In this document: positions 1-11,992 of the stretch, in pieces | How the letters are laid out: the number at the start of each line of letters is the position of its first letter | Position numbering within the stretch: position 1 is the stretch's first letter | Source: Octopus sinensis | Taxonomy: Eukaryota | Reading direction: 5' to 3' | Assembly: GCF_006345805.1 (NCBI RefSeq) | Contig: NC_042997.1 | Location: 107,880,001 to 107,944,000, forward strand | DNA: 64,000 nucleotides | Notes under the pieces: model-generated | Told to the model about the DNA's origin: nothing | The model's input: only the letters and a program-made list of their open reading frames with translations | The model's database searches: none | Program-made: the position numbers and the translations under genes

Positions 1-263
1 CTATCAGATGTTGCTACACATCGCTGGTCACAATGCGCTTCGCATTGTTTTAGCCTTCAAATGACGCCACCCCGCTGGCTAGGCAAGCAGGCCAGCAGAA
101 GAAAGAGTGAAAGTTGTAGCGAAAGAGTACAGCAGGGATTGCCACCACCCCCTACCGGAGCCTCATGGGGCTTTGGGTGTTTTCGCTCAATAAACACTCA
201 CAACGCCCGGTCTGGGAATCGAAACCGCAAGTCCGCTGCCCTAACCACTGGGCCATTGCGCCT

Positions 264-265
<2 letters not shown>
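1..265 (-). mobile_element. tRNA-derived SINE (5' part)
   Basis: Minus strand reads GGAGGCGCAATGGCCCAGTGGTTAGGGCAGCGGAC...GGTTTCGATTCCCAGACCGGGCG, giving A and B boxes; begins next to a (TA)n tract. Confidence 0.75.
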
Positions 266-307
<42 letters not shown>

Positions 308-1479
308 CAAAAAAAACCTCCAGGATCGCAAACTCCAATAACCTGGACCACCGCATACATAGAATCAATAGTAGAAAAATGAAGCAAGGAAAGGAGCTGT
401 AATAGTTACAACCCTAAAGACACGATTAATACTGGCAATCAATTAAAAAATAACCGGTTGAAGCCTCGCAATAAAAGAGAGAGGGACACGACCAAAACGG
501 GAATGGGGAAGAAATGAGAGGGCAGGTGACATAAAGATGCAAAAAAACTCCCAACAAATGCACATGCAGTGATAAAGCAAAATGTCCTTTGGAGAACCTA
601 TGTCGAAACGTTGTGTACAAATGTACTGTGAACACCAGAGGAGGCCCGTGTGTGTATATAAGAGCATCAGCTGATTTTAAAAAAAAAGTTGTAATCGAAA
701 CCACATCGCCAGCTTCAACAGGGTTAACAAAAGACACTCAGTATCATTAGCAGATTTGTAAAGAATCTAAAAGAGAATAAGATAAAATATGATTTGACTT
801 GGTCGATAATGCATGCACACCCATACAATACCTTTTCCAATAAGTGCGGACAATACTCGGAAGAATCGTTATGCGTATTGTTTAGCAAGGAAAACATTAT
901 TTACAGATTTTCAGGTCAATTAATCAGATGCCTATACATGAATAAATGTACTTTTACACAATGTAATTGAAACAATTTATTAACTAATCCATCACGGACT
1001 ACCTAACAGCTATCTAACCAAATCTCTTCCCAAGTAGAAATATTCTGGTATAAACGTTATGAACATGCGCCACAGCATTACCTCGTGGACCTATTATATT
1101 GTTTAAAGTAAATATTATACAAATGCATGCAGGACATGCATTTGCAATTGTCCCAAAGTACCCCGTCCCCGCAAATTTCAGGCCTTGTTCCTAAAGTATG
1201 TAGGATTATTATTATTATTATTGTTCTTGTGATTTGTTTGCTTTTAGTTTTCATGAATGGGAATCGAAATGAAATTGAAATGAATTGAATATGGCAATAA
1301 TCCGAAAACATCCTTGATACTTTCAGGCGAATGTCTTAAATGTATCAGTGAATGTCTGGGAATTGTCGTTCGCCTAGTTGCTTCAGTTTTTCCCTGTAGA
1401 ATATAATGCCTACAACGTAATTGATAGGCCAGCGTAACCTGTTGGTTTAGATTTCTGCTGGAAGAAACACTTCTCTAAA

Positions 1480-1660
1480 AAAGGTTTCTTATTTCGGTGC
1501 AGGGAAAGCGGTGTTAGTCGATTATATCGACCCCAGAACTTGCCTTGGTGCTTTATTTCTTTCGACCATGAAAAAATGAAAGAAAACGTTGGCCTTGACG
1601 GAATTCGAACACAGAACGTCAAGTGCTGAAGCAAATACATTCTCATGATAGCTGTTAGTT
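1480..1660 (-). mobile_element. Degenerate SINE (family B-like)
   Basis: Reverse complement contains GTTCGAATTCC B-box and GGGGTCGATATAATCGACT, shared with the family B copies. Confidence 0.55.
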
Positions 1661-3065
1661 CACCTAATCCATAGAATCCCAGCATGAAAAACATTCAACA
1701 AAGTGGGCGCGAAACCACGAACCAAAGGAGCTTCTCGATAAGGCGGCGCCATCTTCTAGAAAAAGCAGCTAAACCTTCCGCAAGTCACATCTTGCAAAAG
1801 CCCAAACTGTTTCAGACCCTCCAAGACAGGGGCTAAAATGTTTTTAAAATTCAATTTCAGTAATTTTACAACTTTGAGGTTAAAAGTAAAACAAAGGATG
1901 AGATGGTTATTAAAACAGTGAGGGTGGGTGGTTGACATATTGTTCCAGGGAAGAAGTATCAAAGAAAGTGTTTCAGGACAGTAACTGGAGAGTAACGAAG
2001 AGAGTCCGTTGTAGGATAGAGGTTAGGTCTACCTTGGTTTACCTTTCACTGAAGAGTCGAAAAGTTTTTAAGAGTAAATGAAAAAAAAAAAAACTAACGA
2101 AAGCAATGGTAAATTCTAATATGATGGTCATGCTGCCGCAATGCCACATCCTGCTGGGTGGACATGGCTTAACGTGTCTTATTTTTCAGTCGTAATCTGC
2201 AAAATCTGAATAAATATATATCAAATAAGCGCAAGAGTCTGACTGGTTCATTTGCTTCTGAGTTACATCCTCGGTCCAACACCACTTGACATAGATCGTA
2301 ACAAGATAGTTGAGTACTCTCTGACATCAGGAAGCTTTTCAATACACAGAGCAGTCAACAAATTACATCCTAATTGGTTTAAAATGTCACATTTACTAGA
2401 AAAATGGGTTGTTGTTATTGTTGCTGCTGTTGTTGTTGCTGTTGTTGATATATCTGTTGAAAGGTATTCTCAGTATATTTTGTAGTAGTAACTCGTTAAG
2501 TGTACAAATGTCACTGAATACGCACTTGATTTCACAAAACAATCCGGTTGACTAACAGCAGAAAGGGAATTATATTTATCTTATTGCGTTGTTGGTCCGT
2601 ATGTTTCCTAAACCAACCAAGCAATTGAAAAGACAAGAAAAAACATGGGTTACACAATTTTAGCAATTAAAGTAATTCGCCATTGAACAAAAGCAGAAGT
2701 CACTCATTCACTTTCAACAACGATAATAATAGTAATAAACACACAACGAATAAATAACCTAGGGATCGTTGAAACCGGTCACTATTAAAGTTCATGCCGA
2801 CATGTATTACGCCTTGTCACAACAAATAATTTATGAGTTCTTAGACAAAGTATCGTATATCACATGTCATGATATCCACCGATCAGAGACTTTACAATAA
2901 CCAGTTTGCTTACTCGGGTTTCTGTGAACAATTACCACCAAGGTGGACTTAGCTATTTCATTTTAAATGTGAAATTTATGCTCTTGAAAAAAGGTAATGA
3001 ACGTCACAACTTCTTATAGTTTTCGACTGAGTAAATCTGAGGTTAGGGTTTCGATCCACAGAAAA

Positions 3066-3284
3066 TTCTTCTTCTTCTTCTTCTTCTTCTTCTTCTTCTT
3101 CTTCTTCTTCTTCTTCTTCTTCTTCTTCTTCTTCTTCTTCTTCTTCTTCTTCTTCTTCTTCTTCTTCTTCTTCTTCTTCTTCTTCTTCTTCTTCTTCTTC
3201 TTCTTCTTCTTCTTCTTCTTCTTCTTCTCTTCTTCTTCTTCTTCTTCTTCTTCTTCTTCTTCTTCTTCTTCTTCTTCTTCTTCT
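3066..3284 (+). repeat. (TTC)n/(GAA)n microsatellite, about 73 units, one 2-nt interruption near 3229
   Basis: Seen directly; it explains the poly-F/S and poly-K/E ORFs at 2997-3347 and 3014-3304. Confidence 0.98.
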
Positions 3285-3774
3285 AAAAGTGTTGTCTCAT
3301 GCAATGTCGTAATGCTGCGACAGATTCCAAAATGTTTGATAGGTTAAGCTATCACGAGCTTGCTTCCTTCCTGAATCGAAATCTTGAACTTAAACAAGAT
3401 TACTAAACTGTCTAAGAGTGATAAAATGTTCTGGAAAGGACCCTAATAGCAGGGACATGACACAACTTCGTGACGTGAAGGAGACGACAAATAAAATATT
3501 GATTTGTGGCAGGTTAGAGTCTTTCAATGAAATAGTAACCATTTCTGGCATTTCAGTGGTGCCAAGTCATGCAACGAAAGGCCAAGCTTAAATTAGATCT
3601 TGTAAAATCTAACTTGGCAGTTAATTCTTTTTTTCTATTCAGCGATTTACTTCTACAGTCGGGTATGGAAAATTGTATCAAGGATGGCGAATAGCAGATA
3701 CGGCAGAGAGACGGTGGACGAAAGACGCAATTGGTAGACGTGCAAACACACATTGATAGACGTACACACAGACA

Positions 3775-3785
3775 CACGTACACAT

Positions 3786-3869
<84 letters not shown>

Positions 3870-4089
3870 ATATATATATAATATATATATATATATATAA
3901 CACATACACATATTTATATGTATACACACAAACTCATACATACGTTTGTATCCATATGTATTATCACAGCTGCACATGTATGTACATATACCACGCATAC
4001 ATACACACATACATGCATATACACATACATACAAACATACATACACACATACATACATACACACGTACATACATACATACATACATACA

Positions 4090-4122
<33 letters not shown>

Positions 4123-4125
4123 TTA
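3775..4125 (+). repeat. Compound (TA)n / (CATA)n microsatellite
   Basis: Seen directly. Confidence 0.95.
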
Positions 4126-4199
4126 TATAATTAAATGAGTGTGATCTTCAAGTATGAAAGAGGAATTAGATAAGGATTAGGAGTTAAAATGTAGATTTA

Positions 4200-5240
4200 T
4201 AAGGTTATTAGGGATTACCTAAGGGGTATTGTGGAAATATACTGTGTGGTTATTTAGGCATTTGGGTTTGTGGTAGAATTTGAATGTGTGAAAAGAGCGG
4301 TGGTTGAATGTGCTTAGGGCCCCATTATGTTTATTTAGCAGTGTTGAAGAGTTGTGCTCCAATATGTGAAGTGCCTCCTTCAGGCAAAACTTGCAGGTTG
4401 GTAGGGAAGCCCTGAATCCAATATGGACCCTGGCAAAGTATAGGGTATATTTTTATTTTTGAGATGATGTATGTGACTGGCAAGTGTTGTAGATTCACAA
4501 TGTTTATCGTATCTAAAAGAATGGAGGTGAGCGGCATATCATTGCTTAAAATATATGGTTGATCCTATGTATACGGCTGTAGAGTTGTGTTGTGTGTTAA
4601 GGACAGTGCATTTGTAAATTACATTAATTTCTGCAATGGGTTTGCAAGGGGCAGATGGCTCCAGGACGGCAGTTACAAGTGGGTGGATTTTGGGGATTGT
4701 TTTCAGGAATGGAGGAAGTAATATTGTCGGAGGAGAGGTTAGAGAAGGGGGTAGAAAGGTCTGAACTATTAATATTATAGTTTCATTAATACTAATATAT
4801 TATTACTATCATTGATATTTATTACTTTTGTTGTTATTAATTGTATTATTTGTAAGAGTGGTAGAGATTGTGGTGGTGTTTTGGGTAGTGTCAGTAGGAT
4901 GGGTTGGGTTGTGGTTGTGGTCTAATGTAAGGGTTTCTGTGCTGGAGCTGTGTGCGTGTTGAGCGTTCGTGTAACTAGAGTTGTAATTATGTGAGTTTTG
5001 ATAGTAGAGAGAAAGCTTTTGTTCATTAGAGGCTGCTATGATAGGTTCGAAGTTGGGTGGGGCAGAATGGGATAGTTTCAGGGTGGACCTATTAAAGATA
5101 TAATGATATTTATGCTGACGAGGGAAGTTGGAGTCCAGTGTTTTAAAGAAGGATTTAGCTAAGTTTATAACGTTAAGTGAGAAGGAGGGGTGTGTACCAC
5201 AGAATAGAGCGTCCTCCGTTTTCTTTAGAGTGTCTTGCAC
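4200..5240 (-). mobile_element. Penelope-like element (PLE) 3' ORF fragment with GIY-YIG endonuclease
   Basis: NLAKSFFKTLDSNFPRQHKYHYIFNRSTLKLSHS..PN (PLE linker), then CNCRPGAICPLQTHC, NVIYKCTV...VYIGST..FKQ*Y..HLHSF...STTLASHIHHLK across frameshifts. Confidence 0.85.
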
Positions 5241-5241
5241 T

Positions 5242-5289
5242 GTCTCTGATGAAGGGATGTATAAAATGTCCCGGAAACAGCTGTAACAT
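5242..5289 (+). ncRNA. Type-I minimal hammerhead ribozyme in a PLE terminal repeat, inverted relative to the adjacent ORF
   Basis: tgtct CTGATGA a GGGATGT ataaa ATGTCCC g GAA ACAGCTGT A acat: core intact, 7-bp helix II, palindromic helix III, GUA triplet; helix I partly mismatched. Confidence 0.7.
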
Positions 5290-5360
5290 CTCTTTATACT
5301 AATTTTATAAATGTTCTGAAAACTTTCACAGCCTTAGATTTTTTAAATCTCATTCTGTTA

Positions 5361-5416
<56 letters not shown>

Positions 5417-5561
5417 TAGAAAAAAAAAACCTTTTATCAATTGAATAATGAAAAATTAAATTATACCATTTAGAAAAATTACATATTATAGAAAGATTAA
5501 ATATAAGATAAAACATTAAGTAATATGCAAAATAGTAAATAAACCGTATATATTTGGTAGA

Positions 5562-5618
<57 letters not shown>

Positions 5619-5695
5619 ATATATATATTCTAATTATATATATATATTATATTTTGGGAAATTTAATTTCGTATTTCTAAATTGAATTTTCAAAA

Positions 5696-5877
5696 TAAGC
5701 AACAGGACATCAAGAAGTGATGCAGTACGACCGTTTTAAGCGATTCCATTTAATTGCACAATGCAATCATTACATGAATTTAAATGTATTTAAATTGATG
5801 TAGTGATTGCATTGTTCAATCAAATGGAGCCGCTTAAAACGGTTGTACTGCGTCACCTTTCGATATCCTGTTGCTTA
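5696..5877. mobile_element. Fold-back MITE-like element flanked by TA
   Basis: TA-AGCAACAGGA...TCCTGTTGCT-TA with near end-to-end imperfect self-complementarity; one arm recurs at 23282-23375. Confidence 0.7.
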
Positions 5878-6087
5878 AGTTGTATGGATAATAGCATAAG
5901 CGGTGCTAGTCAGCACCCTCCGCCATTTTTATAACTTCTATTAATTTTGCTTTTAGGTTCTAATTGCTAATAAGCCGCCCTTTTAATTTGTTGTTTACAC
6001 TTTAGCCGTTTTGAAAATCAGCACATGATTTCAACGGATTTTCTTATAAGATTGACAAAGGAAGCCGAGTTTAACCCTAGGCGTTAA

Positions 6088-6143
6088 GATCCGCTGATGA
6101 GAATTAAGATGGTCCACATCAAAATTCGAAATCGCTATAGAAC
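6088..6143 (+). ncRNA. Degenerate hammerhead motif in a PLE-type repeat
   Basis: CTGATGA GAATT aaGATG gtcca CATC aa AATTC GAA ATCGCT A: core and helix II intact; helices I and III decayed. Confidence 0.55.
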
Positions 6144-6284
6144 TATGTACGCTAGGGACTTACCTCCCTTTGTGAATCATTAAGTATATCGCTTTAGTGG
6201 CTTTAGAGTTAATTGAACTCTTATTTTAGCATAAGGGGTGCTAATCAGCACCCCCATCGCTTTAGTGACCTCTTTTAATTTATA

Positions 6285-6349
<65 letters not shown>

Positions 6350-6370
6350 ATGATAATAATAATAATAATA

Positions 6371-6402
<32 letters not shown>

Positions 6403-6420
6403 TAATAATAATAATAATAA
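6285..6420 (+). repeat. (TAC)n followed by (AAT)n microsatellite
   Basis: Seen directly. Confidence 0.95.
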
Positions 6421-7319
6421 ATGCCCTGATGCAGTACCAGGAAGTGGCTCTCATGGTTTCTGGTCTTAACTGATTGGAAGTGTTATCATGTACATTATTT
6501 TGTCTTGGTATAGAAGATGGGTTACAGCAAATATTCTGCTCAGTACCACAGATTTGCTTGTCAGTTGTTTGACCTTAACCAGCTGACCATGTCCCTTTGT
6601 GGCTGACGATATGTGAATCTCTGATCACGAGAAGTAGTGGGGGAGCATCATAGCCATGTGTTGAGAGGGATTCTTTGGGTTTTGAATAATTCACCTCTGG
6701 AAACATGGGTGCTTCGTTCAACATCCTTAAACGACTCTTATTCAGGGACCTGTTGAGTTACTCGACCAGAAGAAAAATGAGAAAGTATCGTTCGGTTTGC
6801 TGAGTGGAAAGTAAAAAAACGTCTAATGGAGGCGATGGAGGTGTTTACTTACTGTTTGTAAAACAAAAGTCAGCGAGGCTATTCTCCGGATATACTTGTG
6901 GAAGCGGAGTTCCAGGTACTGAAATGGAGAACAAAAATCAAGAATTATTATGAATAACAATGTTAGCCCCCGCCCCCTTCAATGAATCATCCCTCAGCCC
7001 GCTTTCGGTGATCCCTGGGGGAAGAAGCAGTAAGAGTCATAAATATCTAACCAAGCTGTACCAAATACACTTTCGTTTGAAATAGGAGATACTAAATATA
7101 CAAACTTATATCAGAGAATCAGACGTTGAATGGGTAGATTTCAGTCGGTTGGATTAATTCCAGGAGGATATCAGTGCTACTGGTTTTATAAGCTTCAGAA
7201 AGATGAAATAGGAAATCTACAACAGTTGGATTTTAAAACAACAAAACAGTATAAAACAACTTGGAAGATACTCGTGTCTCTGCCAATTCGCTCAGGCTTT
7301 AAATAATATTATTATTGTG

Positions 7320-7722
7320 CATGCCGGGCAAAAGGCTGAGCAACATTTCGGCTGTCGTTGCGCTCTGAGTTGAAATTCCTCCGAGGTCGACTTTGCCTTT
7401 CATCCTTTCGGGATCGATAAATTAAGTACCAGTTGCGTACTGGGGTCGATCTAATCGACTAGCTCCTCCCCCTATATTTTGGGTCTTGTGCCTAGTGTAG
7501 AAAGGAATATTATTATTGTTCTAAGGCGGCGAGCAGGCCGAATCGTTAGCATGCCGGGCAAAAGGCTTTGCCCTCTGAGCTCAAATCCAGTTGAGGTCGA
7601 CTTAGCCTTTCATCCTTTCGGGAGTCCATCAAACTTGTGTCAGTCAAATAATGGGGTCAATATAATCAACTTTCCCACCTCAAAAAGTACTGGCCTTGTT
7701 TCAAAATTTGAAACCGTTATTA
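7320..7722 (+). mobile_element. Two adjacent family B tRNA-derived SINE copies
   Basis: GGCGGCGAGCAGGCCGAATCGTTAGC A-box region, GAGTTGAAATTCC/GAGCTCAAATCC B-box, GAGGTCGACTTTGCCTTTCATCCTTTCGGG body, ATT tail. Confidence 0.85.
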
Positions 7723-8632
7723 GTTAACACGAATATATATTTCTATTCTTTAATTCTTTCCTTCTTTCTACCAGCCCTTTCACACTTCGTTCATTCCACT
7801 CTTCGTTCTTTCCTTCCCCCTCTCTCACATTTCCTGGCCTTCTCTTCATGCCCACTTTCCCCCTCTTTCACTTCACTGTGTTTCATTTTTTCTCGCCCCT
7901 CCTTAATTCTTCTATCCCTCTGCCTCTCTCTCTTCTCTCCCTACGTCACCGGTGTTCGGCCAGGCATGACCTTTCTTTCTTGGTTCGACTACCATCCGTG
8001 CAACATCTATATTTCTCCCCTTGCCTATTAAATTTATGTTCCTGCCGTAAGGCTTTACTTCCACACACGCCAGCTTGACTTGATTCGTCCTTAGTCGAAA
8101 GACACCTGTTGTTATTGCATTTGTATTTATGTAACATTTCTCTGTTTTTTCCGTCTTTGTTTTCGTATATATACGCTGCTTTCTTCCAAGGAATCTTATG
8201 CTCTTAGCTTAGTTTTTCCTTGGGGCTGGCCAGATTGGCGCAATCTCGAGTATAATCAGTCAAAATTGCAAAGATAATCTGGAACTCGACTGAGGATAGA
8301 AAACTCCGAATGACTTGTCCTTGTTTTCTTTGTATCGTCTGTCTGGATGTTTTGCGTTCCTGTCCCATTTTTGTATTTTTTATATATAAAATATAGCGGC
8401 GTAGTACACTTTGGTCTCATATATATATATAAATATGTTCTGATTTCACCTGACTCAGTCACCTTACCTAAAGGTTAAAGAAGCTCAGTTCCTCAAGTGT
8501 AAATTGAAGAGAGTTTATATATACATATACTATCAATAATAAAATGAATAATAACAAAAATAATATTGGTATCCATCAAGCAAAAGCCGATAAATGGCAA
8601 TTCCAAAATGCTATAATTCATTTATATTTATA

Positions 8633-8794
8633 GGCTCAGGAGTGGCTGTGTGGTAAGAAGTTTGTTACCCATCCGCATGTCTCTGGGTTTAGTCTCACTG
8701 AGTGAAACATTAGGCAAGTACCTTCTACTATAGCCTCGGTTCGACCAAATCCATGTGAGTGGATTTGATAGATGGAAACTGAAAGAAGCCCGTC

Positions 8795-8795
<1 letters not shown>
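8633..8795 (+). mobile_element. Family A tRNA-derived SINE, 5' half
   Basis: GGCTCAGGAGTGGCTGTGTGGTAAG...GGAAACTGAAAGAAGCCCGTCG, matching copies at 21595, 32613 and 62348. Confidence 0.85.
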
Positions 8796-8854
<59 letters not shown>

Positions 8855-9014
8855 CGGTTGTATACTGTCAACTTAACGTGACAGTCCCGTAAAGGAATCA
8901 CACCACCGCTTTTTAGCCCTAGGAAGCATCGACGTTTCCTGTCGGCTTTGACACATTTCCTGTGTCCTTATGTTTAGGAAGAGGAGACAAGCACCCCCAA
9001 CAGCTAGGCCTGCA

Positions 9015-9060
9015 TCGAGACACATGCATGTTTCTGAGTCTTGCTCATCATCAGTCTGGA
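9015..9060 (-). ncRNA. Hammerhead motif with non-cleavable GUG triplet (probably inactivated)
   Basis: Minus: tccaga CTGATGA TGAG caaga CTCA GAA ACATGCATGT G tctcga; 10-nt perfect palindromic helix III, helix I 5/6 bp. Confidence 0.7.
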
Positions 9061-9229
9061 GTAGCAGGGCCTGCTAGCTGAAGATGATTGTAAAGCCTTC
9101 GCAAACATATATATTTTCAGTGAAGTTTATTCACTGATCACCTAAATTAGAAATATTAATTTCTAAATATCATTTAGAACTTTAATATTTTAATTATATA
9201 TATATAATATATATATATATGTATATGTG

Positions 9230-9292
<63 letters not shown>

Positions 9293-9328
9293 GTATATGT
9301 ATATCTATCTTCTTTCTATATGTATAGC

Positions 9329-9368
<40 letters not shown>

Positions 9369-9489
9369 CAATTTAGGAGTGACCTTAACAGGCCATTCGT
9401 CCACCAGAAAGAGCAGCCATAACTCACACCGCCAAGTAGTAGTAATTCAGAAATTAGGTGAAAATTTAAAAACATTTACCCTAATTCAT

Positions 9490-9589
9490 CTTTTAGACGA
9501 TGCATCGTTTCTGTGTTATTAATGATTAAATTAGCTTAATTAAATTAAATTAAGCCAATCTACCATAGGTCACACTTCATCAGTAAAAA
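9490..9589 (-). ncRNA. Type-I hammerhead ribozyme, apparently intact (GUC)
   Basis: Minus: ttttta CTGATGA a GTGT...long AT-rich loop...ACAC a GAA ACGATGCATCGT C taaaag; 12-nt perfect palindromic helix III, GUC triplet, helix I 5 bp plus G.U. Confidence 0.8.
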
Positions 9590-9961
9590 ACCTGGGAGAG
9601 ACAAATATACACGAGGCGTCTGTATCGATGCCTCCGGAATATCTGTCTTAAAATTTTCAAGACCGACGTATTCGCGCCAAACTTATCAGCAGTAAATATA
9701 AACTGCCGATTCAATCTCAGAATTATTCAGAAAATTATCAATTAGTCAATTTAGGGTAGCAAAAAGTTCAATAGAAATTTATCGCTACCAGCGGCCTAGT
9801 GAAAAGAGAAAATAGTCAAAGACTAAATATATAAATATAACAATTTAGGAGTGACCTTAACAGGCCATTCGTCCACCAGAAAGAGCAGCCATAACTCACA
9901 CCGCCAAGTAGTAGTAATTCAGAAATTAGGTGAAAATTTAAAAACATTTACCCTAATTCAT

Positions 9962-10062
9962 CTTTTAGGACGATGCATCGTTTCTGTGTTATTAATGATT
10001 AAATTAGCTTAATTAAATTAAATTAAGCCAATCTACCATAGGTCACACTTCATCAGTAAAAA
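9962..10062 (-). ncRNA. Type-I hammerhead ribozyme, second tandem copy
   Basis: As the 9490 copy, but with one extra C after the GUC triplet (GUC c taaaag). Confidence 0.75.
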
Positions 10063-10072
10063 CCTGGGAGAG

Positions 10073-10114
<42 letters not shown>

Positions 10115-10129
10115 GTATATATATGTTTT

Positions 10130-10390
10130 GTGTGTGTTGTGTGTATGTATGCATGTATGTGTTTGTATATGTTTGTGTGCCTGTGTTTGTTTCTCCCAGC
10201 ATCGCTTGACAGCCGATGGTAGTTTGTTTATGTCCCCGTAACTTAGCGGTTCGCCAATAGAGACTGATAGAATAAGTACTAGGCTTACAAAGAATAAGTC
10301 CTGGGGGCGATTTGCTCGACTAAAAGGCGATGCTCCAGCATGGCCGCAGTCATATGACTGAAACAAGTAAAAGAATAAAAGTATAAAAGA
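10130..10390 (+). mobile_element. Family A SINE, 3' half
   Basis: CCCCGTAACTTAGCGGTTCG...GCTCCAGCATGGCCGCAGTC...GAAACAAGTAAAAGA tail. Confidence 0.85.
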
Positions 10391-10392
10391 AT

Positions 10393-10454
<62 letters not shown>

Positions 10455-10706
10455 AGTATACTATATATATATATATATGTATACATATATACATACACCT
10501 ATACTTACTATATATATTATATATATATATATAATATATATATATATATATAAAACCAAGATAAGAAAATGGAGAAATACATCTAATCAAAATCAATTAT
10601 CGGAACATATATATGTTTACTAATTTAGATTATTTATTTACATTATTATGTATATGTTTATTTTTATATTTACAGGAGTGTGAGTATATGCACTCATATG
10701 TATATG

Positions 10707-10839
10707 TATATCTCCGAAGAGGCCTTATGATACTTTTGTAAATGTCTCATTTATATCCATATATTGACCTACCATAAAAGGCTAATATTGGTAAAATGAG
10801 ACATACTTATCTACATGGCCGAAACAGCTGTAAGATGTA
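10707..10839 (+). ncRNA. Type-I hammerhead with U4C core variant and long helix II insertion
   Basis: tatatct CCGAAGA GGCC...(tgtctcattt/aaatgagaca internal hairpin)...GGCC GAA ACAGCTGT A agatgta; helix I 7 bp with one G.U, GUA triplet. Confidence 0.75.
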
Positions 10840-11260
10840 ATCTATACTTATATTTATATTTCCTTATATTTATATTCTCTTTTTTATATATATTCTACTT
10901 ATTATACAACATTACTCTTTTATGTACACTTTTTTATGTACATTCCTTTATGTACACTGATTTGTTCTGTTTTTTTTTATGTTTAACCCTACAATCTCTT
11001 ATGTGGTGGTTTAATAAAGTATGTGATTGAGTATTATCTGATAATTGATATTTGATTTAGATGTATTTCTCCATTTTCTTATCTTGTATTAGTAATTTGT
11101 GGTAAATCATTTTACCTTTGCCCATATAATAGAGTAAATGAATTGATTGCATCGCAATCCTTAACATTTATATATTAACTTTGTTGGGTACTTCACTAGC
11201 AGTATATTGGATATATGTTATCCCATAGAGGGTTGCATTTACAATCCCTATCTCAATTTG

Positions 11261-11310
<50 letters not shown>

Positions 11311-11950
11311 GCATATGTGGGCACAGGACGTCACGAAACATGTACAAAAAATACGAAGCACGAGCACATGGAACATGAGCTATTCTTTCGAACAACGAAT
11401 GACACAAAAGGAAAACGAAACAAACAACATAAAGAACGACCCTTCATCAGTTGTTGGTTTTTTTTTGTCTCCTATTTCGAGCATTTAACAACAATATACG
11501 CTTTCGATAAAACAGTTTCTTCCGCAAGGCAAAATAAATAAAATTTGGGATTTTGCGGAGGGTCAAAATTTGTAACAAAAACAGGACAGTGAAAACAAAC
11601 AGGAAGGGCTGCTAAGCCTAAACATGGCTGTGGTGGCGAAAGCGTAAATCAAGCTAGGACAGCCGACAAAGAAGAACACGTCTTCGTTGTTCCAGCTACA
11701 ACGGAGAGAAAGAAAGATGCTCAGATGGGAGCGACGTATGTAAAGGGGAAGGAGTGAGGGAGAGAGAATGACAGAGTAATAGGATAGAATAGTGGAAGAA
11801 GAGGAGGTAAAAGAATGAGGGAGAGAAAAAGAGAGAAAAACGAAGGAGTAAAAAGATCGTATAGAGTGCGCATCAGAATTATTAAGATAAAACTTACTTG
11901 CAAGAGGATGCATGGCGTTCAATCATATGATAATAATAATAATAATAATA

Positions 11951-11992
<42 letters not shown>

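Larger units (their letters stand above)
9362..10080 (-). mobile_element. Non-coding tandem repeat (1.5 units, 473-nt period) carrying two hammerheads: retrozyme / PLE tandem-terminal-repeat-like
   Basis: 9362-9607 is duplicated almost exactly at about 9835-10080. Each copy has an HHR on the minus strand and there is no ORF. A partial third copy lies at 61700-61835. Confidence 0.75.

Noticed and set aside
443-627. cag|YICTQRFD...SPALSF has RF-to-PAL spacing like SLC5 exons 2-3
   Set aside because: Intervening residues do not match, there is no good donor, and the segment resembles a PLE-type terminus (gataaagc...tcgaaacgtt). Treated as coincidence pending spliced alignment.
8285-8335. CTGAGGA...GAAT..GTC hammerhead-like string
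   Set aside because: GAAA is broken and helices I-III do not pair in this copy.
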